This document shows, piece after piece, positions 58,446 through 64,000 of a stretch of 64,000 nucleotides of DNA. Every line of letters starts with the position of its first letter. Within the stretch, counting starts at the first letter, position 1. The notes beneath the pieces are model-generated. The model saw nothing but the letters and a program-made list of their open reading frames with translations. It did no database searches and was not told where the DNA came from. Source of the stretch: a virus; IMG/VR virus record IMGVR_UViG_3300028173_000007, positions 25,588-89,587 of that record, one strand, 5' to 3'. Made by a program: the position numbers and the translations under genes.

Positions 58446-58937
58446 TTAGAGCCATCTGGGGTCCACCCCGCAGGCTGGGCATGGGGGCGCCAACGGCGCC
58501 CCCTCACAGCGCGGGCACCTGAGCAGCGCGGCGGGGCCGCCCCGGCCGGCCAGGGCGCCAGCGGGGAGCCGCAAAGCACCTTCGAGGCTCTCCAGGCTCA
58601 AGGGCGACCCGTTGCGGCCCCAGGCCCGAGGGGGGTGCTTCGCCGCGCGCGAGAGGCGCGCGGCGAGGTTCCCGGCGGTGATCCCCAGGAGGCCCGCCAG
58701 GCCCTCGCGGTCGGCCGGTGCCGCGAGGCCGGGCGGGCCTCGCCCGTACTCGTCGAGCACGGCCAGGCGCAGGGCCAGCCGCCGCGCCAGAACGGGCCCG
58801 GTGACCTCGTGCCCATCGGGGCTGTACGCGCGGTGGAGACACTCGGTGCAGACGAAGACCTCGGCCCCGTCGGGCCTGTACGCGACGTGGAGCTCCGCGG
58901 GGGTGCCGCAGTCGGCGCAGGGTACGGGTGCCGTCAT
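58446..58937 (-). CDS. Zn ribbon/HTH hypothetical protein
   Basis: Several CxxC pairs flanking an HTH-like segment. Confidence 0.55.
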   Translation of the reverse strand: MTAPVPCADCGTPAELHVAYRPDGAEVFVCTECLHRAYSPDGHEVTGPVLARRLALRLAVLDEYGRGPPGLAAPADREGLAGLLGITAGNLAARLSRAAKHPPRAWGRNGSPLSLESLEGALRLPAGALAGRGGPAALLRCPRCEGAPLAPPCPACGVDPRWL

Positions 58938-59455
58938 GGTGTGTCCTCAAGTTGGAGGTGGACGGGGCGCCGCTCGGTGGCCTGGGCAGCGGCCACCGCG
59001 GCGGCCATGCCGGCCGCGCTCGACCGGGAATCCCCGCCGGGCTCGGGCTCTATGTCGGGCATCCCGAAGCGCCCTATCGCGTAGCCGTGCGCGGCCATGC
59101 GCGCCACCTCGGCCACCTTCGGCCGCTCGTCGGCGTAGAGCTCGGCGGCGATCTTCGCCATCGGGCCGGGCCCTCGAATGATCCGCGTGGAGCGCGACCC
59201 CTTGCCGCGGACGTACACGAGGACGGTGCAGCCCAGCGCGAGGGTGAGGTATCCCAGCACGATCAAGTCGGTTGGGGTGGTACACGGGACGAGAACGTCC
59301 ACGTCGGGCGGGCCCGCGGCGAGCTCGCGCTCAAGGTGCGGGTGCCGCTCCAGTAGGCGCCCGAGGATGCGCCGTGCGTTGTCGCGCTCGCCGCCCTCGC
59401 CGCCCTCCGCGAGTGCCTGCAATCGGCGCAGCCGGTCGACGCTGGGCGCGGTCAT
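58934..59455 (-). CDS. DUF2786-like protein
   Basis: RLRRLQALAEGG..GERDNARRILGRLL. Confidence 0.55.
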   Translation of the reverse strand: MTAPSVDRLRRLQALAEGGEGGERDNARRILGRLLERHPHLERELAAGPPDVDVLVPCTTPTDLIVLGYLTLALGCTVLVYVRGKGSRSTRIIRGPGPMAKIAAELYADERPKVAEVARMAAHGYAIGRFGMPDIEPEPGGDSRSSAAGMAAAVAAAQATERRPVHLQLEDTP

Positions 59456-59931
59456 AGCCACACCTCGACCATGCCGCGCTCGCCGGGCGCGGGGAGCTCC
59501 ACGCGGTAGCCGGCGGCGCGCGCCTCGCGGGCGCGGCTGGCGATGATCCGGTCGGCCAGGTCTCGCGCTTCGCCCTCGGGGAAGCGCGCCCGCAGGCCCC
59601 GAAGTTTGATGAACATTCGGGAGACGGCCAGGGCGAGGCCGGCCGCGGCGACGGGAACGGGCGTCTGAGAGCGCCCCACGGTCGAGCCGGCCAGTATGCG
59701 CGTGTCGAGGATATCGAGCACGGGGAGAAGCTCGTCGAAGGCCGCCGCCCAGGTGTCCTCGTGGGGCTCGTGGGTGGTGTCGCCGGCGACGGCCTGCACC
59801 TCCCCGGTGGAAACGAGGTAGGCCGCCACGTCGGCGGCCAGGTGCGCCGGCGGCGCCGTCGCGAGGATGATGCGCGCCGCGGCGAGGTCGAGCAGGTCGG
59901 GCAGGTCGGGCAGGTCGGGCCCCGAACTCAC
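59452..59931 (-). CDS. Hypothetical protein
   Basis: Overlap-coupled ORF. Confidence 0.5.
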   Translation of the reverse strand: MSSGPDLPDLPDLLDLAAARIILATAPPAHLAADVAAYLVSTGEVQAVAGDTTHEPHEDTWAAAFDELLPVLDILDTRILAGSTVGRSQTPVPVAAAGLALAVSRMFIKLRGLRARFPEGEARDLADRIIASRAREARAAGYRVELPAPGERGMVEVWL

Positions 59932-60620
59932 GACCCCGACCCCGCGGCGTGAGCTCGGCGGCAGGACGCGCACGCGCCCGTTGAGGGCTTCGAGCACGCG
60001 CCGCAGATCCCGCCCAGGCCCTCGGGCTGGGCGCCGTCGTCGGTGACGATGCCGCACTCGTCGAAACGCCACATGCGCCCGGCGTAGACCACGACGGCCA
60101 GGCCGGGAGTGCCGCGAGCAGTCCGAAGGGCCTCGCCCAGATCCAAGCCGACCCAGGTCTTGCGCATGGTCGAGTCGGTCCCGAGCACCCACACGGCCGC
60201 GGGGCTCTCGGGGCTCCCGCCCACGTCGTAGAGCGCCGCGACGGCCTGCTCAGCCGTGCGCGCCGCGTTGCCGTCCGTCCACCACGCCGCGGCGTGGTCC
60301 TCGGCCGCGTGGGCCGGGATGATGCCGAAGGGGCCGCCGGCGGCCCACTGTGAGTGGCCGGCGGGGTCGATGGTGCGGAGGTTGTCGAGGATGCGCCCGA
60401 GCGTCTCGGGGGAGGGGTGGGCGTCGGCGTCGCAGGACGAGCAGACGACGTGCGCGGGCCCGTTGGGGCCCGGCACCCATCCCCCGTCGCCGGGGTGGCC
60501 GCAGGCCCAACAGTCGTGCTCGGGGACCTCGTGGTCGCACGCGCCCGAGGTCCCGCACACGCCGCAGCGTGGCTCGGGGGGCTCGGTGAGGTAGCGGTCA
60601 AGGTCGGATTTGAAACTCAC
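59928..60620 (-). CDS. Cys-rich hypothetical protein
   Basis: Multiple CxxC; overlap-coupled. Confidence 0.55.
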   Translation of the reverse strand: MSFKSDLDRYLTEPPEPRCGVCGTSGACDHEVPEHDCWACGHPGDGGWVPGPNGPAHVVCSSCDADAHPSPETLGRILDNLRTIDPAGHSQWAAGGPFGIIPAHAAEDHAAAWWTDGNAARTAEQAVAALYDVGGSPESPAAVWVLGTDSTMRKTWVGLDLGEALRTARGTPGLAVVVYAGRMWRFDECGIVTDDGAQPEGLGGICGACSKPSTGACASCRRAHAAGSGS

Positions 60621-61144
60621 GAGCAGGTCTCCTTTGCAGTGTCCAGGGCGCCGAGTTTGGCGGCCGCGCCCGAGAAGAACAGGCGCGCGGCGCGGGTCGC
60701 CTCGACCCGAGCCGAGGCCCGCCCGCCCTTGACGCGGCCCTCGGCCACGACGATCCCCCCGACGCTCACGGTCCAGGGGTTGAGGCCCGCGCCGTCGTCC
60801 AGCCGGGCGAGGTCAATCGAATTGAACCGGACGAAGGCCGCCGAGGGCACCCACCGGCCGCCGGGCACGGTCCAAGGGGTGACGGTGAGGCCCGGCGCCG
60901 CGTCGCGCGCCACGCCGGCCGCGACCGTCCACTGTGCCGCGTTCACGTCGCAGAGGTTCGCGGCTTCGTCGAGGGCCAAGCACACGTTGTGCGCTTCGAG
61001 GTCGTCGCCACGTCGCAGGACCGTCCCCAGGCTGCGCAGGAAGTCGGCCAGGTGGGCGGCCCGTGGCTTGCCGGTGGTGGGCTCCATGAGCCCGAGCGAG
61101 CGCCCGTGGCGCAGGTTGTGGAGGATCGCGGTGTAGACGCTCAC
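60617..61144 (-). CDS. Hypothetical protein
   Basis: Overlap-coupled ORF. Confidence 0.5.
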   Translation of the reverse strand: MSVYTAILHNLRHGRSLGLMEPTTGKPRAAHLADFLRSLGTVLRRGDDLEAHNVCLALDEAANLCDVNAAQWTVAAGVARDAAPGLTVTPWTVPGGRWVPSAAFVRFNSIDLARLDDGAGLNPWTVSVGGIVVAEGRVKGGRASARVEATRAARLFFSGAAAKLGALDTAKETCS

Positions 61145-61728
61145 AGCACCCCCCCGCACTTGGGGCAGGGCTCGTCCGCCGGGAACGTCGGGCCGTCGTC
61201 GCAGGGGACCCACCCGGTGCTCTCGCAGCGGTCGCACCCGACCCGCTGGCGGGCGGCGGCCACGGCGGCGGCCGAGACGGCGCCGGTGCGGATCAGGATG
61301 GCGAGCACCTCCGCGGCTTCGAGGGGGAGCCGATGGGGCACCCCTCGGGCGAGGTCGTCGGGGTCGGGGCTGATCCAGGCGCGCGACGACGGCGTGAGCG
61401 TCACCAGCCGTGCTCGGCGCTCGCCCATGAAGCCGCCCGAGGTGGGGCAGAACCACCGGGCGGTGACCTCCTGCACGAATTGACCGCGGGCGCGGAGCTC
61501 CGAGCCGTCGGAGAAGGTCGCGAAGCGCACGCGGTGGAACTCGTCGGCGTCGGCGGCGAGGTCGCCGCCAGCGGACACGCACTCCAGCGCGACGCCCGGC
61601 CGGTCGATGGTGCCGGGGCTCATGGCGCCCAAGGTGAGCGCGGCGCTGACGACGCCCTCCCAGGTGGCGTCACCGCCGGACTGGACGAACAGGTCGAGGG
61701 CCCCGAGGGCCTGGGGTGTGCGGCTCAT
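61141..61728 (-). CDS. Hypothetical protein with C-terminal Zn finger
   Basis: CDRC..TG...CPKCGG. Confidence 0.55.
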   Translation of the reverse strand: MSRTPQALGALDLFVQSGGDATWEGVVSAALTLGAMSPGTIDRPGVALECVSAGGDLAADADEFHRVRFATFSDGSELRARGQFVQEVTARWFCPTSGGFMGERRARLVTLTPSSRAWISPDPDDLARGVPHRLPLEAAEVLAILIRTGAVSAAAVAAARQRVGCDRCESTGWVPCDDGPTFPADEPCPKCGGVL

Positions 61729-62126
61729 TCCTGCCCCCCGATGGCGGCGAGGTTCGCGTCGCGGTAGGCCTCGGCGCCGGCGTGCCAGTCGTCGGCCGTG
61801 AGCTCACCGGCCGGGATGCCGAGCTCCAGGCGGACGAACTCGTCGGTGTTCGCGCTCCCGCCCATCGCGTCGAGGTTCGCGCGCTTGGCGAAGGCCTCGC
61901 GGACCTCGCACCGGAACAGATCGCCGGCGAGCTTGTCGAGCTCGCGCAGGGCCACGGCCAGGCCGGCCGCGGTGACCTCGGGCTCGGGCCGGGGGGCCCG
62001 CGGGAGAAGGTGCCCGCTCTCGGCCGCGATGGTGACGCGGTAGGCGCCGGCGTCCACCTGCACCACGAGCGACCCGCCCAGGTGGGCGAGATCTCGGGCG
62101 ATGGCGGGGAAGTCGGAGAGGTTCAT
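61725..62126 (-). CDS. Hypothetical protein
   Basis: AGGAG RBS, overlap-coupled. Confidence 0.5.
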   Translation of the reverse strand: MNLSDFPAIARDLAHLGGSLVVQVDAGAYRVTIAAESGHLLPRAPRPEPEVTAAGLAVALRELDKLAGDLFRCEVREAFAKRANLDAMGGSANTDEFVRLELGIPAGELTADDWHAGAEAYRDANLAAIGGQE

Positions 62127-62890
62127 GCGTGGGGCTCCTGGGGGTCGGGGTCGTCGTTCATGGCGGCGGCCGCCGCCATGGCCTCCGCGCAGGTGGCGAG
62201 GGCGGGCTCGCTTCCGAACAAGGCCGCATCGCAGGCGCGAAGCATGGCGTCGTCGCCGGCCGCGACGGCCTCCGCGCGAAGGGCGAGGACCTGGGCGTCG
62301 GTGATCACGGCGAGGGTGGGGGCGTCGGTCACGTCGGCGGGGAACCAGTCGACGCAGAAGGCGCCGGCCGGGAGGGCCTCGACGGTGCCGTCGTAGGTGG
62401 TGCGCCCTTCGGCCACCGTCCATGTGCAGACGCTACCGCCGGGGTCGGCGGCGCGGTCTTCGTCGAGGTCTTCGCCGAAGCCCTCCGCGCAGAAGCGGGG
62501 CGCGGCGTGCCACGCATGGACCGCGGCCGCGGCCGAGGGGAGGACATCGCCCGAGACGCCGCAGCCGCAGGTCACGGCGTAGCCGCCGGTTTCGGCCGCC
62601 ACGTTGACGGGCTGGCCGCAGCACGCGCGGGCGGCGTAGACGACCTGGGCGCGGGGGGCGGGCTCGCCGTCGAGGGCCTTCGCGGCCCCGGCGAGGTTCC
62701 ACGCGGCGATGGCCTCGCGGGCGCCGGCCCAGGTCCCGTCGCCGGGCTCGGCCCAGGGGCCCCGGATGCCGCAGAAGGCGCAGCAGACGGCCTCGCGGCG
62801 GTTCTTCCGCTCGACGCCGATCTGGCGGCTCCCGCAGTAGCCGCAGAGGGCCGCGGCGCTCATGGAGGGGTGAAGGGGGGCGGTGGACAT
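62123..62890 (-). CDS. Lar-like (restriction alleviation) Zn-ribbon protein, duplicated domain
   Basis: CGYCGS...CAFCGIRGP...AIAAWN, then CCG...VTCGCG...AVHAWH. Confidence 0.6.
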   Translation of the reverse strand: MSTAPLHPSMSAAALCGYCGSRQIGVERKNRREAVCCAFCGIRGPWAEPGDGTWAGAREAIAAWNLAGAAKALDGEPAPRAQVVYAARACCGQPVNVAAETGGYAVTCGCGVSGDVLPSAAAAVHAWHAAPRFCAEGFGEDLDEDRAADPGGSVCTWTVAEGRTTYDGTVEALPAGAFCVDWFPADVTDAPTLAVITDAQVLALRAEAVAAGDDAMLRACDAALFGSEPALATCAEAMAAAAAMNDDPDPQEPHA

Positions 62891-62899
62891 CGGGAGCTC

Positions 62900-63148
62900 C
62901 TATCGGGCGCGGTTCGAGCAGGTGGCGACGGCGCGGAGGTCGGCGCGGAGGTTGAAGTCGTCGTCGGGGTCGAGGACCACGGCGGCGCGCAGGATGGCGC
63001 GAGCCTCCGAGGTCATGGCCGCGTAGGTCCGGCCGTGCATCTTCTCGCGGCGGCGGCGGGCGGTGGCGCGCACGTCGTCGGCGGCGTGCTGGGCGATCAA
63101 GCGGTCGGCGCGCTTGAGGTGGGTTGGGAAGATGGCAGGCCAGGGCAT
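62900..63148 (-). CDS. Hypothetical protein
   Basis: GGAG RBS; first gene after the leftward promoter. Confidence 0.5.
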   Translation of the reverse strand: MPWPAIFPTHLKRADRLIAQHAADDVRATARRRREKMHGRTYAAMTSEARAILRAAVVLDPDDDFNLRADLRAVATCSNRAR

Positions 63149-63187
63149 GTTCAGACTCCAGTCGCCCCACCTGACGGGGCACCTCTG

Positions 63188-63216
63188 CTTATACGGACAC
63201 CCGTTCGTATGTGCAA
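63188..63216 (-). promoter_or_regulatory. Leftward sigma70-type promoter
   Basis: TTGCAC-N17-TATAAG on the minus strand; spacer holds the imperfect palindrome atacggac-accc-gttcgtat. Confidence 0.5.
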
Positions 63217-63482
63217 CCCAAAGTTACACATGCCGGCAAAAGCGAGCTCCCACGGGGTTTTCCGGCCGTGTATGCTCGTCGCCTCGGTGGCGACACCTCA
63301 AGCTCGCGGCAGACCTGCTCGCCGCGCATGGTGAGCACGCCCGCGTCTGGTTGCTCGGCGAGGGATTTCGACTCGACCCGAGCCTGCGCCGCAATGTCGA
63401 CGAGGCGCTGCGGCTGGCGGGCGTGCCCGAGGTCGTGACGCCCGACCTGTTCGATTGACACGCGGGCGAGCCCGCTGGGGAG

Positions 63483-64000
63483 ATGATGATGAGGTCCTTT
63501 CTGGTCGGGGTGCTGCTTGTGCTCTGCTTGCCGCTCGGCGGCGCGACGATGTGCGACACCGACTCTGACGTGCCGATGCCGTGCGCGCAGGCTGACGGCG
63601 GCGTGTGCGCCTCGCCGTGGTACGTCAATCGCGCGCTCGGCGTGGTCCGCAACGACGACAACAAGCCCATCCTCGCGCTGAACGTCTACTGGCAGAACGA
63701 GCCCGCAGGCGCGGCGCTGACGGTCAACGGGGTCGTGTTGCAATGCCAGTTCACGCCGGGGTCGCGGTCGTTCCCCTGCGCGGGCGGGACGTGGACGGTC
63801 ACCGTCGAGGCGGCTGACGAGATCGTGGTCAAGTTCCACCCCTACAGCGGGACACCCGGCAACGGGACCGCGCTCTACTACAAATTCAGCGGCGACTCGT
63901 CCATTCCGGCCGGGCTCAAGCAGCCGAGCCAAATCGGGACCCTCGGTGAGTACGACTGGCGCGACCAGCGCACGGGCACAGGCCGCGACCATCACGCCGA
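63483..64000 (+). CDS. Secreted/exported protein, 3'-truncated
   Basis: GGGGAG RBS; MMMRSFLVGVLLVLCLPLGGA signal-like N-terminus; open to the window end. Confidence 0.6.
   Translation, partial: MMMRSFLVGVLLVLCLPLGGATMCDTDSDVPMPCAQADGGVCASPWYVNRALGVVRNDDNKPILALNVYWQNEPAGAALTVNGVVLQCQFTPGSRSFPCAGGTWTVTVEAADEIVVKFHPYSGTPGNGTALYYKFSGDSSIPAGLKQPSQIGTLGEYDWRDQRTGTGRDHHA

Noticed and set aside
58934-60601. 555-aa minus-strand ORF as a single gene
   Set aside because: Only the 3' part from ATG 59455 looks coding; the rest overlaps two better ORFs in other frames
63063-63458. Plus-strand ORF ending VTPDLFD
   Set aside because: The 3' part looks coding but I could not find a credible start, so it is not called

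Overview
The window is one continuous stretch of a very GC-rich tailed dsDNA phage (or prophage) with a contractile tail. Positions 1-36134 (+) hold the virion module: a 5'-truncated giant (>1850 aa) protein ending in a DnaN/beta-clamp-like domain, then prohead protease, scaffold, an SPO1/A511/K-type major capsid, head decoration/fibre proteins, neck, sheath, tube, chaperone(s), tape measure, baseplate and a beta-helical tail spike. Next come a small reverse operon with a CheY-like receiver protein, divergent from a lysis cassette (CHAP endolysin, holin, overlapping Rz/Rz1-like spanins, implying a diderm host); a leftward recombination operon (SbcC, SbcD, putative annealase, Cro-like HTH); a rightward replication/packaging arm (initiator with iterons, DnaC-like loader, SleB-like hydrolase, VRR-NUC, Dam-like MTase, putative TerS, LexA-like HTH, TerL); and a leftward block of small early-type genes including a Lar-like protein. 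I saw no portal, integrase, DNA polymerase, tRNA or CRISPR array. The most interesting items are the clamp-pocket domain on a probable virion-delivered giant protein, the receiver-domain operon facing the lysis genes, a +1 (TTT CGT) chaperone frameshift, and origin-type iterons repeated in front of the putative small terminase. All calls come from motif recognition by eye; no searches were run.
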